This document shows positions 42,916 to 52,475 of a DNA stretch of 64,000 nt, piece after piece (position 1 is the stretch's first letter; each line of letters opens with the position of its first letter). Position numbers and translations under genes: made by a program. Source of the stretch: a virus. The DNA lies in the IMG/VR virus record IMGVR_UViG_3300027708_000023; one strand, 5' to 3'. The notes beneath the pieces are model-generated. The model saw only the letters and a list, made by a program, of their open reading frames with translations, did not search any database and was not told the DNA's origin.

Positions 42916-43599
42916 CTAGATATTATCATCGAATGTTGGGTACATATCTTGAGTAGAGAATGAGCCGTTAATAATTTCGTTACATCTCTTAACGAACAAA
43001 TCGATATTAGTATTATTTCTACTTTCGTATAGATGATATACTCCTCCTCTATAATGTGTTCCTATTCCATAGTTACCATAATTATTTAGCTTCCATGTTG
43101 GCTCTGTTGCTTTTTTATCATAGTGTGTTGGATATAAACAGCGATAAGAAAAACCTACACTTTCTGCTTTTTTAGAAACAAATTGTGCAACATCGCAGTT
43201 ATTAGCTTCTCCAAAAGCAGGACATCCAAGTTCAAACCATTTTTCTCTATAGATAAAGAAAAAACAAGGAGCAGCAAATACATGACATCTATTTACAAAA
43301 TCTTGGTGGCCTGAAATTTGGGCCGTTCCCATGAATGTTTGATTATCATAGACATACTCTTGAACTTGTTTTATGATATTATTATTTACTGGCACACAGT
43401 CTATATCTAAAAAACCAACAACGTCTTCTGTTGATTTGTGTAAAACTTGATGTATCCATAATCCGTGAGGAGTATTCTGATGGTAATAGTTTACATCTAA
43501 ATTAAAATGTTTCGTTACATTCTTATGAGACTCTACCACTGCTAAATTCACATTATCCCAAGCCAAAGTGTGCAAGCTACTTTTCATGTGCTTCTCCAT
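42916..43599 (-). CDS. GT-A glycosyltransferase-like protein
   Basis: VVGFLDIDCVP DxD motif. Confidence 0.55.
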   Translation of the reverse strand: MEKHMKSSLHTLAWDNVNLAVVESHKNVTKHFNLDVNYYHQNTPHGLWIHQVLHKSTEDVVGFLDIDCVPVNNNIIKQVQEYVYDNQTFMGTAQISGHQDFVNRCHVFAAPCFFFIYREKWFELGCPAFGEANNCDVAQFVSKKAESVGFSYRCLYPTHYDKKATEPTWKLNNYGNYGIGTHYRGGVYHLYESRNNTNIDLFVKRCNEIINGSFSTQDMYPTFDDNI

Positions 43600-45533
43600 A
43601 AAACATTGTTTTAAATGCTCTATATAGAATACACTATAAAGACAGAGCAGCTACCGGTTTATACTAAAGATTGGCAATAAAAAGTTTTTAGCCTTGACAG
43701 AGTCCTGGAAAAATGATATGTATTATGCAGGTGCGTATGATAAATAAGGGTTAAGAAGTTATAGAAGGGTATACTACAAGAGAGTAGTATCTACTATTCT
43801 AGGTAGCTCACACTAACAATATTCTCAGTTCCAAACTCACCAAAAAATTCAGGGTCCTCATACAGTTTTTTATTTAGATAATCTGTGATGTCTGTTTTAC
43901 TAATACATTCACAATCATCATTTGGTATGGCCAAATCCATTTGTATGGTAACGACCCGAATAGTCTGATTATTATCCATGATTTTTAGTTACCCCTGAAT
44001 CCCTCATATAGACCAAAAACAATACCAACTCCAAAGAAGAGGCCTAGCATTATAATTCCTGAGGTTAAAGAAAAGTTGACCACAGCCACCACCACCTTAG
44101 TATACCATATCGGCTCTGTTGACGCAAAGCCTTGATGGTAAACAACTTACAAGAACATCTCACCGCTCTTGTTAGATTTTAATACTTCCAGGTTTCCAGA
44201 TTAGTCCTATTAACAATCCTAGAATAAAGTTTATTCCTGCAACATAAACAATATTCTCATAAAACTTGCGCACACTCAAGTATCCATAAAAAATATCATG
44301 AGCCATATACTCTTTAAAAGAACTATTAGTAAGAATTTCCAGTTCCGTCTCCATCATAGAGACTCCGATCCATGCGAATAAACATCCGCAAAAAATTGCT
44401 CGAAATATTCTCCACAATACCAACATAAAGCCCCCACAAGAAAGTGGCCCAGCCTATTAACTATTACACCACTAATCCTTTAAGACCATTTTAAGCTTTT
44501 TAGTAATGTTGTCAAAAATCTTATTAACTGGTCCAGTTAGAGTATAGTCTTTCTTATAAGCATCAAGAGCATCCAACAGTTTCCAAGCTTCTTGTTTATT
44601 AATATCAATTTCCATAAATTCTCCAGAATTACTGCTTAGTATCTAAAAGGATTAGCATAACAACCACTATAACTATTAGTAACATTAGTTCTCCAGAAGG
44701 TCAGGGTAGTAGTCTTTAATTTGATCTTCCAACATTTTATTGGTCAATCCCTCTTTATTATCTCTCAACATATCATAAGCAAAATTGTACAGAGTATTAA
44801 AGTCCATATCGTCCAAGAGACGGCTACAATAGGTACTCATAATCTCTTGTCTATTTTCATCAGTAACTTTCATTAGTATTTATTCTCCCCATTCACACTA
44901 ATAATACCAGCATCAACATCAGTTCCACACATAGAACTATCAACCAACTGGTCATTGAGCCAGTCAATAAAATACTCGTAGTCAAAATCCTCAGAGCTAT
45001 TTATTTCTAGTACAATTTTCATTTCTTTCCTGCATCATTCTCAAGGGGTCTGTGATTTAGCCTGACTACACTATCAGACTACTAATCTAACCATCTTTAT
45101 CTATTGAGAATTAGTCTCAAAAATCAGCTTCTTTGTTACTATCGTTGTTACACTGTTTAGTATACCATATCGCAGCATCGGTTGCAAGTGGTTGAAACAT
45201 AAGAACTTAGAAGCAGTGAACCATGTTACTATAGTCACTATTCTCGCTGACTAACAGCAACGGCAGCAAATCCGCTGGATTAGGCGAGACAAATGAATAT
45301 AATCCTATCTTTACATTATTCATTATTATTTTAACCTAACCCTTTGCCCAGTAACCACTTACGTCCATATACAGTATATCGACATCGCAACCCTTTGGCA
45401 ACACTGAGCTTACGAGATTCTTTTACTAAATTGACGTAAGTCGTTGGTATCAAATAACTTAGAGAAATTGCGGCCGGCCCGCCGCGTCGTAAGTCCTTTG
45501 GGAATAAGGGTTTACGTCAAGTGGTCTAGGGGT

Positions 45534-45570
45534 AAAAAAGAACCGCCACCCATTGCTGAGTGGCGGCTCC
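45534..45570 (-). terminator. Intrinsic terminator after the DUF932 gene
   Basis: GAGCCGCCACTCA-GCAA-TGGGTGGCGGTTC-TTTTTT. Confidence 0.85.
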
Positions 45571-45593
45571 CACATTACCCCCACTACGAGGTA

Positions 45594-46544
45594 TTAAAGT
45601 GCCTGAGCGAACTGCATGGCTTTTTCCAGAGCCTTGGTGTTGTCGTTCGCATTCGTTCCGAACCACAGGCTGTCGAGCCGATTGTCTTCGGTGCGACCCT
45701 TATTGTAATTCAGATACTCGTTGAAGCCGTTATAAGCGGCCCACCACGTTCCGCGAACCCCCGTCGCACTCTGCTTCGGGCCTTCGACCAGATTCAGAAT
45801 CTCGTCCATGATATTTCTGGTACGAGTCTTGATCTGATCATCCGGCGTACCGTCGATGTCGAGCATCACCTTGACATAGCGACGAACGTCGGCCTGATTG
45901 AAGTTCTTCGACGCGAGGAACTTGAACTGCTCCGCAGTCGCCTCAAACTCCATGTTGATGTTGTCCATAATGTCTCGCACGTTTTCCAGATTGGTCTTGC
46001 TGGAACGTGTGTGACGAATACGGATCAACTTGGAACCACTGCTCTTGCTATGGGCCATTGCCATAGTGTTAGCACACACAACACGGATCGGCGTATAGCC
46101 AACCCGGATAGCGGTCGTGCCATCGTGCGAGTTACTGAGAAGAATGAACTTCCCAACCTCGTCACCCTTCACGATCTCGCTATTGTCGCGGTTCAGTTGG
46201 GCCAGAACCCAAACCTTCTGACCGCTGTGGAGCGAACCGGCAGTATGCAACGCACACTCGCCAGCATCCAGAAACGGCTGGAACCAATCGAACGCCTCGC
46301 TGTTTTGCAGCGGGGTGTATCGCGGGCCGACAACGCCCAGAATACTGGAGTCTGTCTTGCGATAGGTCGCACGGGCCGGAACGGGTTCGCCGTCCACCGT
46401 GAACAAATCCTTCAGACCGACTTCCCAATCCAGACCGGCAGCGGTCATAGCTTCCGAAACCGTAGGGGCTTCGTCAAGCTGGTTCCCAAGGCCGTGCCAC
46501 GGGGTCGCACCAACAAACATCATCTGTTCAACTGCATGAGCCAT
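45594..46544 (-). CDS. DUF932 family phage/plasmid protein
   Basis: PWHGLG, AGLDWEV, Y.P.QN, LSNSHDG, RVVCANT, GTWWAAYNG..EY; visibly GC-rich. Confidence 0.9.
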   Translation of the reverse strand: MAHAVEQMMFVGATPWHGLGNQLDEAPTVSEAMTAAGLDWEVGLKDLFTVDGEPVPARATYRKTDSSILGVVGPRYTPLQNSEAFDWFQPFLDAGECALHTAGSLHSGQKVWVLAQLNRDNSEIVKGDEVGKFILLSNSHDGTTAIRVGYTPIRVVCANTMAMAHSKSSGSKLIRIRHTRSSKTNLENVRDIMDNINMEFEATAEQFKFLASKNFNQADVRRYVKVMLDIDGTPDDQIKTRTRNIMDEILNLVEGPKQSATGVRGTWWAAYNGFNEYLNYNKGRTEDNRLDSLWFGTNANDNTKALEKAMQFAQAL

Positions 46545-46587
46545 AATCATCCCTTTCGTGTTGCTGTTCAATCGTTCTTGTCCACTG

Positions 46588-46616
46588 ATTCTACACTATA
46601 TTATCGGCAGTGTCAA
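46588..46616 (-). promoter_or_regulatory. sigma70-type cassette promoter with CCGATA spacer motif
   Basis: TTGACA-17 bp-TAGAAT; the same design precedes most modules. Confidence 0.8.
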
Positions 46617-46698
46617 GCGAAAACTTTGGAAAAATTCCGCAGGTCGCAAGTGGTTGGTAGATAAGGACTTACGGCGACCGGGGCCGCCCCAGCTTGCC

Positions 46699-47205
46699 CT
46701 AAGTCTTTGGCTGGTAAGGGTTTAGGATTATCGTGCCAAAATGCTTCTCAAAAAGTTTAGAATCTGTAGAAGCATTGAAAGAACATTCTTCACCAAGATA
46801 GAAGTATGCTCCGATACACTTTGCTCTTGGAGTATCATCAGAAATACTACCAATAATATGTTTAAGAGTATCTCCAGAACAAATCAAATCATCCACAATA
46901 ACATATCGTGATGGAGAAACGCCTTCAAGGAAAAATTCGCTATATCGCTTTTCATCCTTACGAACAACGATAATATTCTTATTGAGAATCTCCGCAATCT
47001 GTGGCACTACCATCAAACCACTTACGCCACAACAAGCAATACTGTCAAAATCGTTCTCAATCTTACGCAGAGAACAAACGGCTTTTATAATCACACCATT
47101 CCGATATTTATGATTTAATACTCGGCTAGTATGAGCCGCTCCTTGAATGATTTTACCATCTGGTGTGCGACGAAAATCATCTAGTTCTTGCTGGAAAGCG
47201 CTCAT
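46699..47205 (-). CDS. Type I phosphoribosyltransferase
   Basis: YVIVDDLICSGDT PRPP-binding loop; VVRK. Confidence 0.82.
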   Translation of the reverse strand: MSAFQQELDDFRRTPDGKIIQGAAHTSRVLNHKYRNGVIIKAVCSLRKIENDFDSIACCGVSGLMVVPQIAEILNKNIIVVRKDEKRYSEFFLEGVSPSRYVIVDDLICSGDTLKHIIGSISDDTPRAKCIGAYFYLGEECSFNASTDSKLFEKHFGTIILNPYQPKT

Positions 47206-47207
47206 AA

Positions 47208-47288
47208 AGTGTGTGGTTGGATTTGAACCAACAGCCCGTTATAAGAAAGGAATAAGAATAGGGTCTAGTCCCACCTAGAAGCACACAC
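47208..47288 (-). ncRNA. tRNA-shaped RNA with a pyrimidine-rich loop replacing the anticodon arm
   Basis: Acceptor GTGTGTG/CACACAC, D-arm TCTAG-GTGGGA-CTAGA, T-arm GTTGG-TTCAAAT-CCAAC, CCC-(23-nt loop)-GGG. Confidence 0.65.
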
Positions 47289-47519
47289 AAAGATTATTCG
47301 TTTTCGTCTTCTTCAATACTGGAATAATAATTCTTACCATAAGACGGAACCTCATCATCCTCTTCTGCATCTTGCATCCAAGGTTCTTCATCCAGACCAA
47401 GATCCTCGGCATTTTCTACCAATTCATCATAGTCATAATCATAACCATCATAATCTTCATATCTCATATTTTACTCCCTTTCTTACCCTTATTCTACACC
47501 AACAATCGTCATTGTCAAG

Positions 47520-47592
47520 TGGGCCCTCGGGGACTCGAACCCCGAACCTAAGAGTTAAAAGCTCCTTGCTCTGCCAATTGAGCTAAAGGCCC
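47520..47592 (-). tRNA. trnK: tRNA-Lys(UUU)
   Basis: AGGAG-CTTTTAA-CTCTT; canonical cloverleaf. Confidence 0.92.
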
Positions 47593-47850
47593 GCCTTATT
47601 ATTCGGTTACGGTAATTTCCTCGTAGGAATAACTTTGGACATTTTCGGTTGTAAAATCATACAGTTTGTCGAAAACATCGGCCCAATCAAAATCCTCTTG
47701 CACGGATAGTTGAATATCGGCCAAAGTCTTACCATCCTCAGTCAAAATATCATAGATGCGAAGGTTCTTCATCATCGTTTTCCTTTCTTGTTCCAATAGT
47801 CTACCATACTCTTATCGTCCTGTCAAGCGATCTAACTTTAAAATTTCCAA

Positions 47851-47922
47851 TGACCCCACGGAGAATCGAACTCCGATCTCCACCGTGAAAGGGTGGCGTA
47901 CTAGCCGTTATACAATGGGGCC
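47851..47922 (-). tRNA. trnE: tRNA-Glu(UUC)
   Basis: CCACC-CTTTCAC-GGTGG. Confidence 0.92.
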
Positions 47923-47951
47923 ATCCTCGCAACTCAACATCAGCCTCCGAA

Positions 47952-48038
47952 CGGAAGAAGTAGGATTCGAACCCACGGACCCAATTAAGGGTCTCCGGTT
48001 TAGTAAACCGGTGCATTAGACCACTCTGCCATTCTTCC
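47952..48038 (-). tRNA. trnS: tRNA-Ser(ACU)
   Basis: CCGGT-TTACTAA-ACCGG; long variable arm GACCC-TTAATT-GGGTC; G73. Confidence 0.85.
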
Positions 48039-48043
48039 TTAAG

Positions 48044-48115
48044 CTGTCCGACTAGGATTCGAACCTAGAACCAAGCGGTTAACAGCCGCCTACTCTACCG
48101 TTGAGCTATCGGACA
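48044..48115 (-). tRNA. trnN: tRNA-Asn(GUU)
   Basis: GGCGG-CTGTTAA-CCGCT; G73. Confidence 0.92.
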
Positions 48116-48445
48116 TCAATTTCCAACTTCTTCATTCAATGGGTTCACCTAACGAACCTTTAATCTCTTCTTCTTTTTCAATCAATTTATTTGCATTGAT
48201 AATGCCCCACAGTCTGTGGTCAATGTCGCTTATTGTGCTCCATATTACTTTACTTCTGTCATTACATCGATCAACTTCACGATCCAGTTGTTCACTAAGA
48301 CTCCTAGTCCACATAGGGCAATATTGCATTCTGTCCATCAAGAAATATATTTGAATTTGTTGAATAATTAAAGTTATTATAATGATCGTATAAAATGAAG
48401 CTTTGATGTATTTCATTGTCATGTTTCTCTAAAAAACGAACATAA

Positions 48446-48516
48446 TTCCGGGACTAGGATTCGAACCCAGACAAAGAGAACCAAAATCTCTGGTGCTACC
48501 GTTACACTATCCCGGA
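48446..48516 (-). tRNA. trnQ: tRNA-Gln(UUG)
   Basis: AGAGA-TTTTGGT-TCTCT; U1-A72. Confidence 0.9.
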
Positions 48517-48517
48517 G

Positions 48518-48590
48518 AGCCGATGGTCAGAATCGAACTGACGACAGGCAGTTTACAAAACTGCTACTCTACCAACTGAGTTACATCGGC
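48518..48590 (-). tRNA. trnT: tRNA-Thr(UGU)
   Basis: GCAGT-TTTGTAA-ACTGC. Confidence 0.92.
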
Positions 48591-49409
48591 AATCCTACTA
48601 TTATAGTCAATAGTCCCCATTCTCGCAAGCCCTGCGGTTTTCAGCGGATCGGGTTCGTGTTCGCTTGGGGCGATTGTCCATAACGGTGTGACGGTGTTCC
48701 TTGTGTCCCGTAGGAACTTGCCACTGCGGTCGTACCTTGATCTTGATATGATTGCGTCGTGGCCTCATATCGTCGTTGTTGTGGAGCGTAATCATGCCAT
48801 TGTCCATTTTCGTGTAGGTAAAAAACTTTGTCAACATTAGGGTCGTAAGCCATCAGACAGTATTGTACCGGATAAACTACTTTTGTCAAGGCCGGTTTCT
48901 GAGGCATGGGAGGGAATTTTATATCACCTTTCTGATAATCTTTTACACCATTATAGGCTAATCCCAAAACAGCAATCAGAATCCCAACCCACTGGATCAT
49001 TCTCTCACCCCTCGTTGATAGTCGTCTCGTTCTCATATATCTATTATCGACCAATCCAGAGTAGAAACTTTAGGAGATTTTTGGATTTGCTATAAAGTGT
49101 TGTGGGCTAAGGACTTACGTCAAAGCCGCCCGGCCCCGCTCGCCCTAAGTGCTTATGCAGTAAGGGTTTGCGGCTAGTCTTACTCTAAAGTCCATCCGGC
49201 ATCTTTTAGAATATGGGTAGTATGTAACACACAAGTTAATCCATCAGCATTTGTATAGTCTTTATATCCACGTTCATCAAGATAGATGTGCTCATCTAGT
49301 GTATCATTTTCATTTGTTTCCCATATAGCATCCATCGCAGCATCCCGTGGACATTTGTTGCAGGAATAAATTAGTTCTAGTGTTCCACATTTGATATAGT
49401 ATTTGCTCA

Positions 49410-49973
49410 TTAGTAGCCCCTCCTGAACAGTTCACATTCGGTACAGCCACAAGCTCCGTAACTATCAACATCATCATAATCAAACTTTCCATAAATATCT
49501 TCATCCCAATCAGTAAAGCTCTCAACCCCAAGGTCGATAGCAACCGCAACCCATTTCCCCTTACGTCGGATATAACCAAAATTACCTTTATGGGCATCAT
49601 TATAGTCTAACCCATATTCTTCTCTCAAATCATAAACTACTTCATCAATAGCAACCCCATTCTTACATTCACTCTGAAAACATTCACCATCACAATCTTC
49701 GTCATGGCACTCTGGCATAGGTCGAGCAACTTCGGTCAAATAACCATAAGCAGTCAACTCGCCATCATACCTACGAATCATACCAACATCCCCATATACC
49801 ATAGGGGCCAAATCAAACTGAGCCAGATGCTTTTGAACCCGATGGGCAAACTCTGCCTCTTGCTCATTCTCAAACTCTTTGAAGCCCACCCGCTTACGGT
49901 TAATCTTTTTGTCTTTGATAATATAGAAAGCATTCTTACTTCCCTCATCATCATACAATCCAACGTAGCTCAT
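49410..49973 (-). CDS. Minimal protein-kinase-like fold protein with Cys insert (paralog of 11564..12088)
   Basis: VGFKEF, LAPMV, YLTEVA, DAHKGNF, IDLG; C-terminal CGCTEC. Confidence 0.55.
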   Translation of the reverse strand: MSYVGLYDDEGSKNAFYIIKDKKINRKRVGFKEFENEQEAEFAHRVQKHLAQFDLAPMVYGDVGMIRRYDGELTAYGYLTEVARPMPECHDEDCDGECFQSECKNGVAIDEVVYDLREEYGLDYNDAHKGNFGYIRRKGKWVAVAIDLGVESFTDWDEDIYGKFDYDDVDSYGACGCTECELFRRGY

Positions 49974-49984
49974 TTTTATTCCTT

Positions 49985-50689
49985 TCAATGGGCTGGAAAC
50001 AAGACATTAGCCAAACCACGAACACACAAGTCACATGATATACTATCTTTAGTGCCAGTGCAAGTGATTTCCGAACGACCGCGACGGATTTCGGGACATA
50101 CCACAAACTTTGTGGCATTGAGAACCACCAGCTTTGGCAGTGCTTGTCGCCATGCTTCGGCTTTTGCTTTGCTTTTAGGACGCTTCGGAGCAATCTTCAT
50201 GTCGCTGTCACACCATGCGAACAGCTTGAAACCCTGTGCCAGTGCTTCGCCCATATCATTATCATCATGCACACTAGCGTACACATTCATATACTTTTCC
50301 AGACTCACAAGCCTAGCATCGTAGATATGAGTATAGAACCACATATCGGGCAGACTATCACCATCGGCCAGAATACTCTCACAAGCCCACGTTACATTAG
50401 CAACATAGTCTAGGTCAAGTTCTCCATTGAGAAACCAGTCGCCACGTTCATGCCAGCGAATAGACTTCTCACGACGTTTTGCTTCCAGAATCATAGCACG
50501 GATTTTATTCTTTTCCGTTATGACATTAGCAAATCCGGCAGTGCGAGCATTTTTATACTGGTTTTCAGTAGCTTCGGCATAACATCCATTACCGAGATAG
50601 TCGCAATCGGGTGGGCAAGTATCGCCCACTGGACGCGAAACCACAATGCAACCCTTACCCAACTTATCATTACCGTCTGCTGTTTTCAT
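49985..50689 (-). CDS. Gp88-like Fe-S / radical-SAM-derived phage protein
   Basis: TCPPDC...GCYA, IRWHERGD, WFYTH, NVYASV, CP...C...CDLC. Confidence 0.65.
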   Translation of the reverse strand: MKTADGNDKLGKGCIVVSRPVGDTCPPDCDYLGNGCYAEATENQYKNARTAGFANVITEKNKIRAMILEAKRREKSIRWHERGDWFLNGELDLDYVANVTWACESILADGDSLPDMWFYTHIYDARLVSLEKYMNVYASVHDDNDMGEALAQGFKLFAWCDSDMKIAPKRPKSKAKAEAWRQALPKLVVLNATKFVVCPEIRRGRSEITCTGTKDSISCDLCVRGLANVLFPAH

Positions 50690-50854
50690 GTTCTTCTCCT
50701 GTGTCTACCGATTCTACACTATAGTATCGGCAACGTCAAGCAGAAAACTTGAAGAAATTATTATTGACGCAAGTCGTTGGTAGATAAGGACTTACGACGC
50801 GGCCGGCCCGCCGAACTTGCTCTAAGTGCTTTAGCAGCAAGGGTTTACAACAAA

Positions 50855-50928
50855 CGAGAGTGACGGGACTCGAACCCGCAACCTCTAGCGTGACAAGCTA
50901 GCGATCTAACCAATTGATCTACACCCCC
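50855..50928 (-). tRNA. trnD: tRNA-Asp(GUC)
   Basis: CTAGC-TTGTCAC-GCTAG; G73. Confidence 0.92.
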
Positions 50929-50933
50929 AACAA

Positions 50934-51005
50934 TAGCCCCAGCAGGAATCGAACCTGCAACTAGAGATTAGAAGTCACTTATTATATCCATTTAACTATG
51001 GGGCC
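50934..51005 (-). tRNA. trnR: tRNA-Arg(UCU)
   Basis: AGTGA-CTTCTAA-TCTCT; T-arm GCAGG-TTCGATT-CCTGC. Confidence 0.88.
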
Positions 51006-51619
51006 GTCAATACCGCAAGCCCCCACGGCGTCCCGTGGAGGCTCGCAGTCATTATAACTCCATAGAGTCGATCACGCAACCGTTTCCGTTTCCGTCTCCT
51101 TCTCTACCTTGCCGTCATGGGCATCACCCGCAGCCTCGGCAGTCACACCAGTCACCCTAGCACGCCACACCTTATAGCCCTGCTCGCTAAAAGCCTTGAT
51201 TCCAGCAGCCTTGACATTAGCATGAACATCACCAGGAAGCTCATCATTAAGAGCCTTAGTAAGGGTAGACACCACATCGGCCGAATCAATCTCGTCGCCA
51301 ACAATATCAACAGCAAAACTAAACTTTTTCATCTTATCTTCTCCAAAATTGTTATAGTTACCAAATCGTTCTAGTATCAGTATACGCTACTGTTACCCAC
51401 TTGTCAAGTCCGTCGTGATGGTTTCTTATGTTGTGCATCGTCGTGGGGTCTTGACTTGTGATACTCTCATTCTACAGTATAGTATCGTCATTGTCAAGGG
51501 CGAACTTGAGCGTCGTTGAAAGATTTTTGATTTTTGTCCTAAGTTGTTTGGCAGCAAGGACTTACGTCAAATTCGGCCGCCCCGCCTCGCCCTAAGTTCT
51601 TCAGGGACAAGGCTTTAGG

Positions 51620-51994
51620 TCAAGAGAGAAAACCCTCGCAACCCAAACCCACCAGATCACGCAGCAGTGCCTCTGCCGCTTCGGGCGTTTTCAGAGTCAT
51701 ACTCTGCTTGGTGTTAGCTGGGGCAGGATGCCATGTATCGTACTTCCAGCCACCAACCAGATAGTCAGTCCAATCTTTGGACTCTTTGAGACCCCATCCG
51801 GAGTGCAGTCGGATAGCCTTGATGCACGGGATACGGTTGTCCGTATTCATGCCACCAGTGATAGTCACCACACGACGCTGGTTCACACCCAGTGCCACTT
51901 CCAATGCACACACAATCTTGTCGAACATATCCAGACTGCAACCATTTGCAATCATGTTCAACGACTCACGCACGCTCAGTTCGATTTTGATCAT
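51620..51994 (-). CDS. Ribosomal protein bL12 (L7/L12) C-terminal-domain-like protein
   Basis: RIPCIKAIRLHSGWGLKESKD ~ bL12 KIxVIKxVRxxTGLGLKEAKD; C-terminal EAAEALLRDL..LG. Confidence 0.7.
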   Translation of the reverse strand: MIKIELSVRESLNMIANGCSLDMFDKIVCALEVALGVNQRRVVTITGGMNTDNRIPCIKAIRLHSGWGLKESKDWTDYLVGGWKYDTWHPAPANTKQSMTLKTPEAAEALLRDLVGLGCEGFLS

Positions 51995-52475
51995 AAATTC
52001 CAAAACTTTCTGTATACTTAGGGTCTATTTCGTAAATGCCGTCAAAATTTCCGTTACGTTCTTCCAGAATATGAACCTGTCGCCCATCGGTAACTAAGGT
52101 ATCATACTCACTGTTATCCCATACAAACTCACCACCATCACTCTCCCTACGCCAATGAACATCACGAATGGGATTATAATACAACTTCTCAAGATTGTCA
52201 ATAGGCAAAGAGGGATAAAAATCCTTGCGAAGCATAACCTCCTCACACTGTACCCATCCACTCACATTCTTTTTTTGTTTCTTATTGACCCATTTTGCCC
52301 TAGCTACCTTATTGACCAGCTTGCAACCACGCATCTCCAACTGGTATTCTGTAGGGTCTACATAAAATTGGTCAACCCTTTTCTTACCCTGCATAATGTT
52401 TACTTGCCACTTCCGATAATTCTTGCCATTAAGCAGATGAAATCGTACTTCGGCATGTTTTTCGACAGTTTTCAT
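51966..52475 (-). CDS. Hypothetical protein
   Basis: 169-aa ORF inside a repeat-bounded module. Confidence 0.6.
   Translation of the reverse strand: MKTVEKHAEVRFHLLNGKNYRKWQVNIMQGKKRVDQFYVDPTEYQLEMRGCKLVNKVARAKWVNKKQKKNVSGWVQCEEVMLRKDFYPSLPIDNLEKLYYNPIRDVHWRRESDGGEFVWDNSEYDTLVTDGRQVHILEERNGNFDGIYEIDPKYTESFGIYDQNRTERA

Noticed and set aside
817-44000. Numerous other plus-strand ORFs in the track (e.g. 6263..6787, 9563..10096, 24329..24826)
   Set aside because: They lie antisense to well-supported minus-strand genes and have Ile/Leu/Phe-biased shadow composition.
45444-46664. 406-aa plus-strand ORF
   Set aside because: It is the antisense shadow of the GC-rich DUF932 gene, starts inside a repeat element and has no recognisable motifs.
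47756-48019. ORFs 47756..48019(+) and 47801..48016(-)
   Set aside because: They overlap tRNA-Glu and tRNA-Ser and are spurious.
47952-48038. Amber suppressor (CUA) reading of the Ser tRNA / stop-codon recoding
   Set aside because: CTA occupies positions 35-37 of a normal 7-nt loop, so the anticodon is ACT. Well-conserved genes are intact under code 11, with TAG/TGA used as real stops.
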